Source of the DNA: Gallionellaceae bacterium
GTDB taxonomy: Bacteria; Pseudomonadota; Gammaproteobacteria; Burkholderiales; Gallionellaceae
DNA: 64,000 nt
Assembly (NCBI GenBank): GCA_009885195.1
Contig: VFLG01000004.1
Span: forward strand, 33,973-97,972
Reading direction: 5' to 3'
How positions within the stretch are numbered: the stretch's first letter is position 1; every line of letters begins with the position of its first letter. This document shows positions 20,432 to 31,642 of this stretch, in pieces. Made by a program: the position numbers and the translations under genes. Under the pieces are notes generated by a model. That model did no database searches, was not told the origin of the DNA, and saw only the letters and a program-made list of their open reading frames with translations.

Positions 20432-22206
20432 CTTTCTTCCTGCTGTTGCAGTGCCCACATCTGCGCGTAGATTCCTTGTTGCGCCAGCAACTCGCGGTGC
20501 GTGCCGCGCTCGACGATGCGACCGTGATCCATCACCAGTATCTGCTGCGCGTCCACGATGGTGGACAGGCGATGCGCGATCACCAGCGTGGTGCGGTCAC
20601 GCGCGACATTACGCATCTCGTCCTGGATCGCCCTTTCTGATTTGGAATCCAGCGCCGATGTCGCCTCATCAAAAATTAGAATGGCCGGGCGCTTCAAAAT
20701 GGCGCGCGCAATGGCCACCCGCTGCTTTTCGCCACCGGATAACTTCAAGCCGCGTTCGCCCACCATCGTGTCATACCCCTGCGGCAACGACTCAATGAAG
20801 GTGTGAATATGTGCTGACTGTGCGGCCTGAATGACTTCCTCACGCGATGCTTCGGGACGACCGTAGGCGATGTTGTAATAAATGCTGTCGTTGAACAGCA
20901 CGGTATCTTGCGGCACGATGCCGATGGCGGCGCGCAGGCTGGCTTGTGTCACCGCTCGGATATCCTGTCCATCAATCAGGATGCGCCCCGAACTTACATC
21001 GTAGAATCTGAACAGCAAGCGTGATAATGTGGATTTGCCCGCCCCGCTAGACCCGACCACCGCCACAATGTGGCCGGCGGGAATGTCGAAACTGACATCC
21101 ATCAATATCTGCCGGTCGGGCTCGTAGCTGAATGCTACTTGTTCAAATCGTACCGCACCCGTGCGCAGCTGCAACGGAACGGCATCGGGTGAGTCCTGAA
21201 TTTCGCGGCTCTCATCGAGCAGGCGGAACATTTTTTCCATATCGGCCAGCGAATTTTTTATTTCGCGATAGACAAATCCTAGAAAATGCATCGGCATGTA
21301 AAGTTGCAACATGAACACGTTGACCAACACCAGGTCACCTATAGTCATGCGCCCCTGCACCACCTCGTCTGCCGCCAGCAGCATCAGCGCGGTCACGCCG
21401 ATGGCGATGAGGGAAGCCTGTCCGGCATTCAGGGCAGCCAATGAGGTTTGGTTTTGTACCGCCGAGGTTTCCCATTTGCTCATGTGCTCGTCGTAGCGCC
21501 GCGCTTCGAATTGCTCGTTGCCGAAGTATTTTACCGTTTCATAGTTGAGCAGGCTGTCGATGGCGCGCGTGTTGGCCTTGGAATCCATGTCATTCATGGT
21601 GCGGCGGAAAATCATGCGCCACTCGGTTATGAACAGCGTAAAAACAATGTACACCAACAGCGTGGCAAAGGTAATGATGGCGAACCAGGCGTTATATTTG
21701 GCCAACAGGATGGCCGCAACCAGGCCTATTTCCAGCAGCGTGGGCAGAATATTAAACAACAGGAAGGTGAGCAAGAAACTGATGCCGCGCGTGCCGCGCT
21801 CGATATCGCGCGACATGCCGCCCGTTTGCCGGTCCAGATGAAAGCGCAGGCTGAGGCTATGCAGATGCGCGAATACCTGAAGCGCAACGCGCCGAATAGC
21901 GCGCTGGGTAACCTTGGCAAATACCGCATCGCGCAACTCGCCGAACAATGTGCTGAGCAAGCGCAACAGGCCATAGCCGAGCACGAGGAATACCGGAACC
22001 ATTAACGCGGCACGGGGCTGGTTCAGCGCATCCACGATTTCCTTGAGCATCAAGGGCACTGCCACATTGGCCAGCTTGGCCAGAACCAGCAGCGTCAGCG
22101 CCAGCGCGACGCGCCCTTTGAACTCCAATAGATAAGGCAGCAGGGTGCGGATAACACTCCAGCCGGCACGGGGCGGGCGCTCGGATGTTGGGGACTGATG
22201 GCGCAT
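20428..22206 (-). CDS. Atm1/ABCB7-like ABC transporter (fused TMD-NBD)
   Basis: FHLDRQTGG, DSLLNYETVKYF, GSSGAGKST and LSGGEKQR motifs. Confidence 0.93.
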   Translation of the reverse strand: MRHQSPTSERPPRAGWSVIRTLLPYLLEFKGRVALALTLLVLAKLANVAVPLMLKEIVDALNQPRAALMVPVFLVLGYGLLRLLSTLFGELRDAVFAKVTQRAIRRVALQVFAHLHSLSLRFHLDRQTGGMSRDIERGTRGISFLLTFLLFNILPTLLEIGLVAAILLAKYNAWFAIITFATLLVYIVFTLFITEWRMIFRRTMNDMDSKANTRAIDSLLNYETVKYFGNEQFEARRYDEHMSKWETSAVQNQTSLAALNAGQASLIAIGVTALMLLAADEVVQGRMTIGDLVLVNVFMLQLYMPMHFLGFVYREIKNSLADMEKMFRLLDESREIQDSPDAVPLQLRTGAVRFEQVAFSYEPDRQILMDVSFDIPAGHIVAVVGSSGAGKSTLSRLLFRFYDVSSGRILIDGQDIRAVTQASLRAAIGIVPQDTVLFNDSIYYNIAYGRPEASREEVIQAAQSAHIHTFIESLPQGYDTMVGERGLKLSGGEKQRVAIARAILKRPAILIFDEATSALDSKSERAIQDEMRNVARDRTTLVIAHRLSTIVDAQQILVMDHGRIVERGTHRELLAQQGIYAQMWALQQQEES

Positions 22207-22230
22207 TTATGAATCAGGCGGGAAGCGCGC

Positions 22231-24303
22231 TCAGGCAGCTCCTGGTGCAGGATGTCCATAGTAAAAACCCTGGGCATAGTCCACGCCGATCTCCGCCAGG
22301 ATCTTGGCGGTTTCCTCGTCCTCAACGAACTCGGCCACGGTTTTCAGGCCAAACTCCTTGGCCACCTGGTGGATGTGGGTAACCATGATGCGGTCGCGCT
22401 CGTCCACGGCAATCTGACGCACGAAGCTGCCCTCAATTTTCACATAGTCCATGGCGAGATATTTTAAATACAGGAACGAGGAGAAGCCGCTGCCGAAATC
22501 GTCCAGTGCAAATGAAATGCCTTTGTGGCGCAGCTCGTCGATTACGCCCCTGATCTGATTCAAATGCGGCAGGGCCTCACGCTCGGTTATTTCAATCACC
22601 ACCCGGTCGCAGGGAATGCCGGCTTGCATCAGTTGATCGGGGATAGAGCGCATCCAACCGGTATCGCCAAAGGTTCGTGCGGACAGATTAAAAAACATCT
22701 TAGGTTGCTGCTGATGACGCTCCTCATGCAGCCGGTTAATTTTCTGTAGCCCTTGCTGGAACACGCACAGGTCAATTTCCATGATCATACCCAGATCCTC
22801 CGCCACCCCGATGAAATGCTCGGCGGCGATGACATCTTCTCCATCTCTGATGCGCGCCAGCGCCTCATAGGCCAATATGTGGCCGCTGCGCAAATCCACG
22901 ATGGGTTGCAAAAATGCCTCGACCCGATTTTCCTGCAAGGCGCGGCGAATGAAATTACCCCAATGGAAGATGCTGCGCATGGCACTACCCTGCCCGGATG
23001 CAGTTGTGGCTACCTGGTTCTTACCCTGATTTTTTGCCTGGTACAGCACCACATCCATCGCCGTCTGTAATTCCACCATGGTCTTGCCGTCATCGGGGTA
23101 GCTCACTATGCCAAAACTGGCGGCAAGTTTAACTTTACCCACCGGCAATTCAAGATCCTCGCTGGCCATGGTTTGATGCAACTTGTTTGCCACTTGCAGG
23201 GCATTGGCGGCAGGCGTTCCCGGTAAAATTACGGCAAACTCGTCACCGCCCAGACGCGCCAGCAGATCGCCCTTGCGCAGGCAGGATTCAAGCAAAAAAG
23301 TAAGTTTCTTCAGCGCCATATCGCCCACCGGATGGCCATATGTGTCATTGACGAACTTAAAATCATCCAGATCGGCCATGATGATGGAAAAAACCTGCTG
23401 ATGTCGTTCAGCGCGCGTCAATTCATAGTCGATAGCCTCTTCGAATTTGCGCCGGTTATACGCTCCGGTCAGCGGGTCGCGCACCGACAGCTCCTCTATC
23501 TGGCGGTTATATTCCTGCACCGTGCCCAGCAGGCGGTTAAAATATTCCGACAGGTGTTGCAGCTCGACTATCCAGCGATTCCCGGCCACGCGATGGCTGA
23601 AATCCGTTTCGTGAGTGATTTTTTTCATCACGCCGACCAGATTGGCAATCGGCAGCGCCACCAGTTTGCGCAATAAGACATACAACAGCGCGAACACCAG
23701 CCCCATTATCAGCAGGAAGTAGCCGATGATAGGGTTGATTATCTGGCCGACCGATACCTTAAGGCCCCTGATCGGATAGGTGATGTCTATCACCCCATGC
23801 ACGGCACCCACAAAGGACTGAGTGTGGCAAACCAGGCATTCTTCGGAGGCGAGTAGCGGATACAGATAACGCACCGTCTCTTTATTAGGAGACAGTACCG
23901 CATCTTTGCCGTCGCGCAGAGCTGCCGCCAGCACAATATCGGCGGAGACTTCAGCGTGTTCGCCGGGCATCGCGCCGAACTGGCGCTCGACTATCTCGCC
24001 GCGATATACCCGGATTGAAAGCCCGGGCGCGGATGTATTCAGCCGCCCGATCACTTCCTCGATTTCCTGCTTGTTCCAACCCTTGCGCATGGCCGAATAC
24101 AAACTCTGAAACACCAGCCGGGAAACCTGCTGCACATCGTCGTGCGCTAGGTTTTGCACTGCGCGGTCGCGCACCACACCGGACAAGACGAAGATCAATA
24201 AAAAAGCAAACAGCAGAGAAAAAATGGACAGGCCTATCAGCAAGCCGCCCAGCGTAACTTGTTTCATGAACCTGGAAATCGTACCCATACTGCGTTCTAT
24301 CAA
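22231..24303 (-). CDS. Membrane-bound GGDEF-EAL c-di-GMP enzyme with a periplasmic CxxCH sensor domain
   Basis: Two TM helices flanking a domain with CLVCH; HAMP-like linker; intact GGDEF, EAL and DDFGSG motifs. Start uncertain (TTG 24303 or ATG 24288). Confidence 0.9.
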   Translation of the reverse strand: MIERSMGTISRFMKQVTLGGLLIGLSIFSLLFAFLLIFVLSGVVRDRAVQNLAHDDVQQVSRLVFQSLYSAMRKGWNKQEIEEVIGRLNTSAPGLSIRVYRGEIVERQFGAMPGEHAEVSADIVLAAALRDGKDAVLSPNKETVRYLYPLLASEECLVCHTQSFVGAVHGVIDITYPIRGLKVSVGQIINPIIGYFLLIMGLVFALLYVLLRKLVALPIANLVGVMKKITHETDFSHRVAGNRWIVELQHLSEYFNRLLGTVQEYNRQIEELSVRDPLTGAYNRRKFEEAIDYELTRAERHQQVFSIIMADLDDFKFVNDTYGHPVGDMALKKLTFLLESCLRKGDLLARLGGDEFAVILPGTPAANALQVANKLHQTMASEDLELPVGKVKLAASFGIVSYPDDGKTMVELQTAMDVVLYQAKNQGKNQVATTASGQGSAMRSIFHWGNFIRRALQENRVEAFLQPIVDLRSGHILAYEALARIRDGEDVIAAEHFIGVAEDLGMIMEIDLCVFQQGLQKINRLHEERHQQQPKMFFNLSARTFGDTGWMRSIPDQLMQAGIPCDRVVIEITEREALPHLNQIRGVIDELRHKGISFALDDFGSGFSSFLYLKYLAMDYVKIEGSFVRQIAVDERDRIMVTHIHQVAKEFGLKTVAEFVEDEETAKILAEIGVDYAQGFYYGHPAPGAA

Positions 24304-24323
24304 ATTCCACCCCCAAAATTATT

Positions 24324-24384
24324 AGGCTGGTAGCCGGTAGCGTGTAGCTGGTAGCAAAACCCGCTTGGCTACCAGCTACAGGCT
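24324..24384. repeat. Inverted heptamer array (GCTGGTA)n-spacer-(TACCAGC)n
   Basis: gctggtagccggtagcgtgtagctggtagc-aaaacccgcttg-gctaccagctacaggct; sister copy at 63553-63605. Confidence 0.85.
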
Positions 24385-24434
24385 CTTTCTGAATTATACA
24401 TGCACACCGCTTGATCGCCCAACCGGAAGCCGCG

Positions 24435-25604
24435 TTAAACATCATCACGATCGCGCGCATAACCGGTCACGCCGCTCAGAAAACGCACTACGGCATAACT
24501 GACACGCATCTGCAAGCGCAGCCATAGCCCATGCTTGCGCCACGATGAGTGGGAAACCGGGCGGGCGCCGTGCGCAATCTCATGCATCAAGCTGGCGCGC
24601 AACGCTGCGGCAAACCCCGCATCGCTCACCGCCAGATTGGCTTCGCGCGCCAACCACAGGCTGAACGGGTCGATATTGGAAGAGCCTACGGTCGCCCAAT
24701 AGCCATCCACTACCGCAACCTTGGCATGCAGAAAGCTGATGTGGTATTCATAAATCTCCACACCCGCGCCCAGCAACTGGTCGTACAGCGCAAGCGTGGC
24801 AAAATGCTGCAACCGGTATTCCACTTGCCCTTGCAACAGCAGCACGGTGCGCACCCCGCGCCGCGCCGCATCTGACAAGGCGCGGCGCAAGCGTATCCCG
24901 GGCAGAAAATAGGCGTTGGCAATGATGATTTCGCGCTGCGCTCCGGTAATGGCTTTAAGATAAGCATGCTCGATGTCGCGCCTATGGCGCAAGTTATCGC
25001 GCATCAGGAAGGTCACCTTATTTTGCGCAGTATGGCCAGGCGCGGCCTGCGGCTTGGTATGCACACGCTGCCGCCGCAATTTCGCCCACGACACCAGCAT
25101 CCACAAGCGCTGCATGGCAACACATATTTTCGCTACCGTAGCGCCCTGCAATTCAATGGTGTAGTCCAGGCGCGGTGCGGTAATCGGCTCACCCGGCACA
25201 TCATCGTTGATGTTTAATCCGCTGACAAAAGCAATTCGCTCATCCACCAGCGCCAGTTTGCGGTGCAAACGGCGCAGATGGTAGCGGTGAAAACTGAAAC
25301 GCCCGATTTCCTTGCGAAACCACAACACCTCCATGCCTGCTGCACGCATTTCGTCTATCCACTGCTGCGGTAAATCAGCCGAACCGTAACCGTCCAGCAG
25401 CAGACGCACCGCTACGCCACGTTTGGCCGCGCGCTGCAAAGCATCCGAGACCTTGCGCCCAGTGGCGTCAGCGGCATAAATATAAGTTTCCAGATAAATC
25501 GAACGGGCCGCGCCGTCTATCGCCGCAATGAGGCGCGGAAAATATTCCTCACCGTTGCGCAACAGGGTCAGGGTGTGGCCGTCAACCAGATGGGTATTAC
25601 TCAT
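24435..25604 (-). CDS. clsB: Cardiolipin synthase B
   Basis: Two HKD motifs (LHRKLALVD, LHAKVAVVD), no N-terminal TM, paired with an upstream EEP gene. Confidence 0.9.
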   Translation of the reverse strand: MSNTHLVDGHTLTLLRNGEEYFPRLIAAIDGAARSIYLETYIYAADATGRKVSDALQRAAKRGVAVRLLLDGYGSADLPQQWIDEMRAAGMEVLWFRKEIGRFSFHRYHLRRLHRKLALVDERIAFVSGLNINDDVPGEPITAPRLDYTIELQGATVAKICVAMQRLWMLVSWAKLRRQRVHTKPQAAPGHTAQNKVTFLMRDNLRHRRDIEHAYLKAITGAQREIIIANAYFLPGIRLRRALSDAARRGVRTVLLLQGQVEYRLQHFATLALYDQLLGAGVEIYEYHISFLHAKVAVVDGYWATVGSSNIDPFSLWLAREANLAVSDAGFAAALRASLMHEIAHGARPVSHSSWRKHGLWLRLQMRVSYAVVRFLSGVTGYARDRDDV

Positions 25605-26359
25605 GACAGGATAAGTGTGGCGGACAGAGCGGCATGGTCGGAAATTTTGTTCCACGGATGATGTGCATGCACCTCGCCATGCTGAATGCCCATCCCGCGC
25701 ACGTAAATACGATCCATGCGCAGCAAGGGCATGCCGACCGGATAGCTGCGCGCCGGTTTTCCGTGGATTACTTCAAACACCTCATGCAATTGCAATTCCT
25801 GCGCCAGCAAGCGGCTGGCGTGATTGCGCCAATCGTTAAAGTCACCGGCAACAATCATCGGCGCATCCGGCGGCACCATCTGTTTGATGCGCTCGACCAG
25901 CGCGTTGAATTGCCTGTCGCGCCCGCCCGCAAACAATCCGAAATGAACACAAATGCAATGTAGCGGATGACTGGCATCGGGCAAGGGAATTTCGCAATGC
26001 AGCAAGCCGCGACTCTCAAAGCGGTGCGCGGAAACATCCTGATTATCCCAGCGTGCAATCGGGTAGCGGCTCAGAATGGCATTGCCGTGATGGCCTTCGC
26101 CATAGACCGCGTTTTTTCCATAAGCATGATGCGGCCAAATCTGGTCAGCCAAAAACTCATATTGCGGCAGCGCGGGGTGGTTGCGATGGCGTCGTGCATG
26201 GCCATTGCTCTCGCCCTGCACCTCCTGCAGAAACACAATGTCGGCATTGAGTTCGCGCAGACGCTCACGCAATTCGTGCAACACCATGCGTCGTTTGAAA
26301 TGCGAAAGCCCCTTGTGGATATTGTAGGTGGCGATGGTCAGTGTGGTCACGGCAGGCAC
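25601..26359 (-). CDS. Endonuclease/exonuclease/phosphatase family protein (YbhP-like)
   Basis: TYNIHKG, LQEVQG, AGDFNDW and SDHAAL motifs. Confidence 0.9.
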   Translation of the reverse strand: MPAVTTLTIATYNIHKGLSHFKRRMVLHELRERLRELNADIVFLQEVQGESNGHARRHRNHPALPQYEFLADQIWPHHAYGKNAVYGEGHHGNAILSRYPIARWDNQDVSAHRFESRGLLHCEIPLPDASHPLHCICVHFGLFAGGRDRQFNALVERIKQMVPPDAPMIVAGDFNDWRNHASRLLAQELQLHEVFEVIHGKPARSYPVGMPLLRMDRIYVRGMGIQHGEVHAHHPWNKISDHAALSATLILS

Positions 26360-26373
26360 TCAATCTGCGCGGC

Positions 26374-27468
26374 TCAGGCGTTGCCTATGCCGCGCGTCGG
26401 CAAGTTGATCTGGCGCGCAAATTCCAGCATCCGTTCGATAGACACTTTGGCGCGCCGTCCTATGGCCGGATCAACATGAATTTCATTCAGGCCGCTTTCC
26501 AGCGCCTCGGCCAGATTCGCCAATCCGTTCATCGCCATCCACGGGCAGTGGTTACAGCTGGTGCAGGTCGCGCCATCACCGGCGGTGGGCGCTTCCAGAA
26601 ACACCTTGTTAGGCGATAAAGCTTTCATCTTGTGCAGGATGCCGTTATCGGTGGCGACAATAAATTCGCGTGCATCCAAATTTTGTGTGGCCTTGATGAG
26701 TTGCGTGGTGGAACCCACAACGTCCGCCAGGGCTACCACGGCAGGCGGTGACTCCGGATGCACCAGCACTTTGGCGTGCGGGTGTTGTGCCTTGAGCGCC
26801 GCCAATTCTTTGGCTTTAAACTCGTCATGCACCACGCACGACCCTTGCCACAGCAGCATGTCCGCGCCGGTCTGTTGCTGAATATAATGACCCAGGTGGC
26901 GATCCGGCGCCCACAGGATTTTCTCGCCGCGCTCCTTGAGATGTTTGACGATGGGCAATGCGATGGAGCTGGTCACCATCCAGTCGGCACGCGCCTTGAC
27001 CGCCGCGCTGGTATTGGCATACACCACCACCGTGCGATCCGGGTGTGCATCGCAGAAGGCAGCGAACTCGTCCGCCGGGCAACCCAGATCAAGTGAGCAT
27101 TCCGCCTCCAAGTCGGGCATCAGAACTCTTTTTTCAGGGTTGAGTATCTTGGCCGTCTCGCCCATGAAGCGCACACCCACCACGACGATGGTTTTGGCAG
27201 GATGCTCATGGCCAAAGTTAGCCATGTCGAGCGAATCGGACACTATGCCGCCGGTCGCCTCGGCCAGATCCTGTAAATCAGGATGCACGTAATAGTGCGC
27301 GACCAGCACTGCGTCCTGTTGCTTGAGCAATTTCTTGATGCGCGCGATCAACTCTACCCGCTCTTCTGGGTTTGTCTCGCGCGGTTTCTTCGCCCACGCT
27401 CGTTCCGTGCTGCAACCGACGTTGCCGCGAGGATGATCGTAAGCAATTGAAATTTTCATTTCAGGCAT
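26374..27468 (-). CDS. nadA: Quinolinate synthase
   Basis: [22 protein letters not shown] and CPWMAMN motifs. Confidence 0.96.
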   Translation of the reverse strand: MPEMKISIAYDHPRGNVGCSTERAWAKKPRETNPEERVELIARIKKLLKQQDAVLVAHYYVHPDLQDLAEATGGIVSDSLDMANFGHEHPAKTIVVVGVRFMGETAKILNPEKRVLMPDLEAECSLDLGCPADEFAAFCDAHPDRTVVVYANTSAAVKARADWMVTSSIALPIVKHLKERGEKILWAPDRHLGHYIQQQTGADMLLWQGSCVVHDEFKAKELAALKAQHPHAKVLVHPESPPAVVALADVVGSTTQLIKATQNLDAREFIVATDNGILHKMKALSPNKVFLEAPTAGDGATCTSCNHCPWMAMNGLANLAEALESGLNEIHVDPAIGRRAKVSIERMLEFARQINLPTRGIGNA

Positions 27469-27907
27469 GACTCACTCTTTCGGGTAATAGCAAAATCGCC
27501 ACACGATTGCTTGGTGAAAAAACTTCCGCTGCTGCTTCCTGCCACGGCATCCATTTATAGCTTAAATGTTCACGCGGCGAAAGTTGGACGGGTAACTTGC
27601 CAGATAATTCCAGCCCGAACACATGCTCAGTATTATGCGTGATGCCGGGTGGATAGCGGTGTTGCCACTTGGCATAAATCTCATAAACATTCTGTATCTG
27701 CCAATCGGTCAGCTTATGCAAACTGGCATCCAACCCGGTCTCCTCATATGCTTCGCGCACCGCTGTTTCGCGCAAAGTTTCCCCTTCGTCCTGACTCCCC
27801 GTGACCGACTGCCAATAACCGGGATGGTCTGCGCGTTCCAGCAGCAGCACTTCGAGAGCGGACGTATAAATCACGACCAAGGCCGAAACGGGTAGCTTGT
27901 ATGGCAT
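27461..27907 (-). CDS. nudB: Dihydroneopterin triphosphate diphosphatase (Nudix)
   Basis: [26 protein letters not shown] and NTEHVF motifs. Confidence 0.92.
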   Translation of the reverse strand: MPYKLPVSALVVIYTSALEVLLLERADHPGYWQSVTGSQDEGETLRETAVREAYEETGLDASLHKLTDWQIQNVYEIYAKWQHRYPPGITHNTEHVFGLELSGKLPVQLSPREHLSYKWMPWQEAAAEVFSPSNRVAILLLPERVSHA

Positions 27908-27915
27908 GCAATGAG

Positions 27916-28341
27916 CTAACAGAAAAACACCCAGAACGGCTTGTCCTGCGATTTCCAGAAATCCACTGTGCCAGAAAAAATTTCCATGACAATCTTGTGA
28001 TCTGCGGCAGACAGACCGAGGGTATCTCCACCGTCATGCAACAACAGCACATACCCGGCAGCGGGCTGCCCGGAAACAGTTGACCCGGAAACATTCGACC
28101 AAGCAAAATCCCCCAGCGCATCGGCCAGTGCATCCCAGTTGGTGCCGAACCAGTCCGGCGCCTTGACCGCTTGCGCGATGGCCGCGAGAAATTCCCCCTT
28201 GCCCTGCACCGCAGACAAGTCCGCCTCGAATAGTGACAACGCCGCCTGCGCAGCGGCAATGCGCAATTCATCTGCACTACAATTTAGCTGATAAATCCCG
28301 GCTTCATCCCCGTTCTGCAAGCGCGTACACAAAGTATTCAT
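27916..28341 (-). CDS. Barstar-family RNase inhibitor
   Basis: PDWFGTNWDALADALGD motif; immediately downstream of an RNase gene. Confidence 0.88.
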   Translation of the reverse strand: MNTLCTRLQNGDEAGIYQLNCSADELRIAAAQAALSLFEADLSAVQGKGEFLAAIAQAVKAPDWFGTNWDALADALGDFAWSNVSGSTVSGQPAAGYVLLLHDGGDTLGLSAADHKIVMEIFSGTVDFWKSQDKPFWVFFC

Positions 28342-28344
28342 GGC

Positions 28345-28725
28345 TTACTCCTTAATGCGCCGGAATGTTTGGTAATGGTCAGCGCTGTAGTAACACTCAA
28401 CCGGTGTGCCACACACAATCCGTCGCGCACCGCGATTGCGCGCACCCGGCGTCTGCACTGTGTACTCGTGGTAGTAGCCGCGTGCGTGTTTGGGCAAGCG
28501 CTGCTCGAAATTTCCAAACACTACACCATCGCGCGGGTAAGGAAACGGCCCGCCTTGTTTGATAAGACGCAAGGTAGCGCGGGCTTCCGGCGGCCATTCG
28601 GCCACGCTGATAAATGCCAGTGTAGCGTTACTATTATTATCGGAGCGATGGTCATTTGCCTGCGCTGCCCATGGCAGGCAGAGCAGCAGCCCGAATAACA
28701 GCCAAAACCGGCTGTGGCGGTACAT
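28345..28725 (-). CDS. Secreted guanyl-specific ribonuclease (RNase Sa/barnase superfamily)
   Basis: Signal peptide; GGPFPYPRDGVVFGNFE..LP, YYHEYTV, RGARRIV and YSADHYQTF motifs. Confidence 0.92.
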   Translation of the reverse strand: MYRHSRFWLLFGLLLCLPWAAQANDHRSDNNSNATLAFISVAEWPPEARATLRLIKQGGPFPYPRDGVVFGNFEQRLPKHARGYYHEYTVQTPGARNRGARRIVCGTPVECYYSADHYQTFRRIKE

Positions 28726-28730
28726 CGTCG

Positions 28731-30533
28731 CTAGGCCTTTTCCACTTCCACCGTAGTCTGCGTTTGTTTGCGCAGGTGGATGTGCAAGTCGCGCAACTGT
28801 CTTTCATCGACCGGGCTGGGCGCCTGCGTCAACAGGCATTGCGCGCGCTGCGTTTTGGGGAAGGCAATCACATCGCGGATGGATTCCGAACCGGTCATCA
28901 TCGCCACGATGCGGTCTAGCCCGAACGCCAAGCCGCCGTGTGGCGGTGCGCCGTATTGCAACGCATCGAGCAGGAAGCCGAACTTGAGTTGTGCTTCTTC
29001 CGCGCCGATGTTAAGCGCGCGGAACACCTGGCTCTGCACTTCTTCCTTGTGGATACGCACCGAGCCACCGCCGATTTCAGAACCGTTCAAGACAAGATCG
29101 TAAGCCTTGGACAGACACTTGCCCGGGTCAGTTTCCAGTAACGCCAGATGTTCGTCCTTGGGCGCAGTGAACGGATGATGGCAGGCATTCCAGCGCTTGG
29201 CTTCGTCATCGTATTCAAACATCGGGAAGTCCACCACCCACAACGGTGTCCATGCCGCGCCGCTGACATAATTTTTTTCGTGGCCGATTTTGCCGCGCAA
29301 CGCGCCGAGTGCATCGTTGACCACCTTGGCCTTGTCCGCACCAAAGAAAATCAGGTCGCCATTGGCCGCACCAGTGCGCTGCATGATGATTTTCAGCGCG
29401 GCTGCGTTGAGATTTTTTACGATGGGCGATTGCAGGCCGGTCTCGTTTAACTGGGTCACGTCATTGACCTTGATGTAGGCCAGCCCCTTCGCACCATAGA
29501 TGCCGACGAACTTGGTATATTCATCAATCTCGCCGCGCGTGAATGCTGCGCCACCCGGTATGCGCAATGCCGCCACGCGGCCATCCGGCGAATTCGCCTG
29601 GGTGGAAAACACCTTGAAGGCCACATCCTTAACCGCATCGGTGACATCGGTCAGCTCCAGCGTCACGCGCAGGTCGGGCTTGTCGGAGCCGAAGCGCGCC
29701 ATCGCTTCAGCGTGAGTCATTTGCGGGAAGGGATTGGGCAGAGCGACGCCCAGCGCTTCCTTGAACACGGTGCGGATCATGTCTTCCATCAGCCCCATGA
29801 TTTCTTTTTCGGACAGGAACGAGGTCTCGACGTCTATCTGGGTAAATTCCGGCTGGCGGTCGGCGCGCAGGTCTTCGTCGCGAAAGCACTTGGTGATCTG
29901 GTAGTAACGGTCGAAACCGGCCACCATCAGCAATTGCTTAAACAGTTGCGGCGATTGCGGCAGTGCGAAAAACTCGCCGGCATGGACGCGCGACGGCACC
30001 AGATAATCACGCGCACCTTCCGGCGTGCTCTTGGTCAACATCGGCGTTTCAATGTCTATAAAACCCTTTTCGTCGAGAAAGCGGCGGAAGGACATCGCAG
30101 TTTTGTAGCGCAACATCATATTCTTTTGCATTTGCGGACGGCGCAGGTCAATCACGCGATGGGTCAGGCGCACGTTTTCGGACAGGTTTTCGTCGTCCAG
30201 CTGGAACGGCGGCGTAAGCGCCACGTTCAGCACTTCAATGTCATGGCACAGGATTTCAATTTCGCCACTACCGAGGTTGCTGTTGGTGGTGCCTTCCGGG
30301 CGACGCCGCACACGTCCGGTTACTTTCAAAACGAATTCGTTGCGCACCGATTCGGCAATTTTGAACATATCGGCGCGATCGGGATCGCAAACGACTTGCG
30401 CCAGACCTTCACGGTCGCGCAGGTCTATGAAAATTACGCCGCCGTGGTCGCGGCGGCGGTGTGCCCAGCCGCACAAAGTGACAGTCTGGCCGAGGTTGGC
30501 AACATTAAGTTGCCCGCAGTAGTGAGTTCGCAT
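28731..30533 (-). CDS. aspS: Aspartate--tRNA ligase (likely non-discriminating Asp/Asn)
   Basis: MRTHYCG, RRRDHGG (His typical of the ND type), [10 protein letters not shown] and GAPPHGG motifs. Confidence 0.97.
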   Translation of the reverse strand: MRTHYCGQLNVANLGQTVTLCGWAHRRRDHGGVIFIDLRDREGLAQVVCDPDRADMFKIAESVRNEFVLKVTGRVRRRPEGTTNSNLGSGEIEILCHDIEVLNVALTPPFQLDDENLSENVRLTHRVIDLRRPQMQKNMMLRYKTAMSFRRFLDEKGFIDIETPMLTKSTPEGARDYLVPSRVHAGEFFALPQSPQLFKQLLMVAGFDRYYQITKCFRDEDLRADRQPEFTQIDVETSFLSEKEIMGLMEDMIRTVFKEALGVALPNPFPQMTHAEAMARFGSDKPDLRVTLELTDVTDAVKDVAFKVFSTQANSPDGRVAALRIPGGAAFTRGEIDEYTKFVGIYGAKGLAYIKVNDVTQLNETGLQSPIVKNLNAAALKIIMQRTGAANGDLIFFGADKAKVVNDALGALRGKIGHEKNYVSGAAWTPLWVVDFPMFEYDDEAKRWNACHHPFTAPKDEHLALLETDPGKCLSKAYDLVLNGSEIGGGSVRIHKEEVQSQVFRALNIGAEEAQLKFGFLLDALQYGAPPHGGLAFGLDRIVAMMTGSESIRDVIAFPKTQRAQCLLTQAPSPVDERQLRDLHIHLRKQTQTTVEVEKA

Positions 30534-30566
30534 ATTTAAGTTGTTCTGGTAAAAATTGGAAAATAT

Positions 30567-31181
30567 TTAATCGGATTTGATGATCGGTTGGGTGCTGGCA
30601 GGGGGAGCCACTACCCCCATGGAAACAATGGATCTCAGCGCCACATCCACGCTGATGTTGAGCTCTATGGTGTCAGCTTTGCGCACATAAAAATAAAATC
30701 CGTTCACCGGACTGGGGGCGGTGGGAATGAACACCCCCACATGCTCATCTTCCAGCCGTTGTGCCACCTCGCCCGGAATGCTGGTCTGAAACGCCAGCGC
30801 CCATGCCTGTGGGTGCGGGTAGCGCACCAGCAACACCTTGCGAAACGATTGCCCGCTGCTGGACAGCAAGGTATCGCTCACCTGCTTTACGCCGTGGTAA
30901 ATGCTGTTCACCACCGGGATGCGGTGCAGCAGGTTTTCCCAGTAGCGCAACAGGCGCTGCCCCAGAACATTGCGCACCAGCAAACCGGTGCCGACTATGA
31001 TCGCCACGGTAAGAATCACACCCAAACCGGGGATATGAATACCGAGCAAGCGGTCCGGATGCCATTGTTCGGGCAGCAGCAACAGGCTCTGATCGAGCGT
31101 ACCGATGGTCAGGTCCAACACCCAGATGGTGATGCCGAGCGGAACCCAGACCAGCAGCCCGGTCAGTAAATATTTTTTCAC
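30567..31181 (-). CDS. DUF502 membrane protein
   Basis: KYLLTGLLVWVP...RIPVVNSIY...VFIPTAPSPVNGF; FmdB-DUF502-aspS synteny. Confidence 0.88.
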   Translation of the reverse strand: MKKYLLTGLLVWVPLGITIWVLDLTIGTLDQSLLLLPEQWHPDRLLGIHIPGLGVILTVAIIVGTGLLVRNVLGQRLLRYWENLLHRIPVVNSIYHGVKQVSDTLLSSSGQSFRKVLLVRYPHPQAWALAFQTSIPGEVAQRLEDEHVGVFIPTAPSPVNGFYFYVRKADTIELNISVDVALRSIVSMGVVAPPASTQPIIKSD

Positions 31182-31456
31182 GCGCCACCACCTGTTGGCG
31201 GCGTGGCGGGGGTGGCTGCAACGCTTGGAGCCGACTCGGGTTTGGCTTCGGACTTGGTATCCGGCTTGCTGCCCGCGCTCTTGAAGTCAGTGGCATACCA
31301 GCCGCTGCCCTTGAGCTGAAAACCGGCAGCCGAAAGCTGCTTGCTGAATGTGGCTTTACCACATGCGGGGCAGGTGGTCAGCGGCGCATCGCTGATTTTT
31401 TGCAGAACATCCTTCTGCACACCACAACTGCTGCAACGATACTCATAAATAGGCAT
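31178..31456 (-). CDS. FmdB-family zinc-ribbon protein
   Basis: MPIYEYRCSSCG...CPACG...FQLKGSGWYATDF. Confidence 0.92.
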   Translation of the reverse strand: MPIYEYRCSSCGVQKDVLQKISDAPLTTCPACGKATFSKQLSAAGFQLKGSGWYATDFKSAGSKPDTKSEAKPESAPSVAATPATPPTGGGA

Positions 31457-31642
31457 GGCTTTCCCCGATAGCAAGGGCGATAAACAAAGGACGGGCATTA
31501 TACAGCAGCCTCACGTCAGATGCCGGGTTGCAATTCATCCGGCATTCGACCGCCCGGCGGGATAAAAATCGGGAAGCGCGATATAATCCGCAAGCCGCGC
31601 AAGTGGTTCAGAGTCGGCGCAAGGTTTCTACCGGAGAATCAA

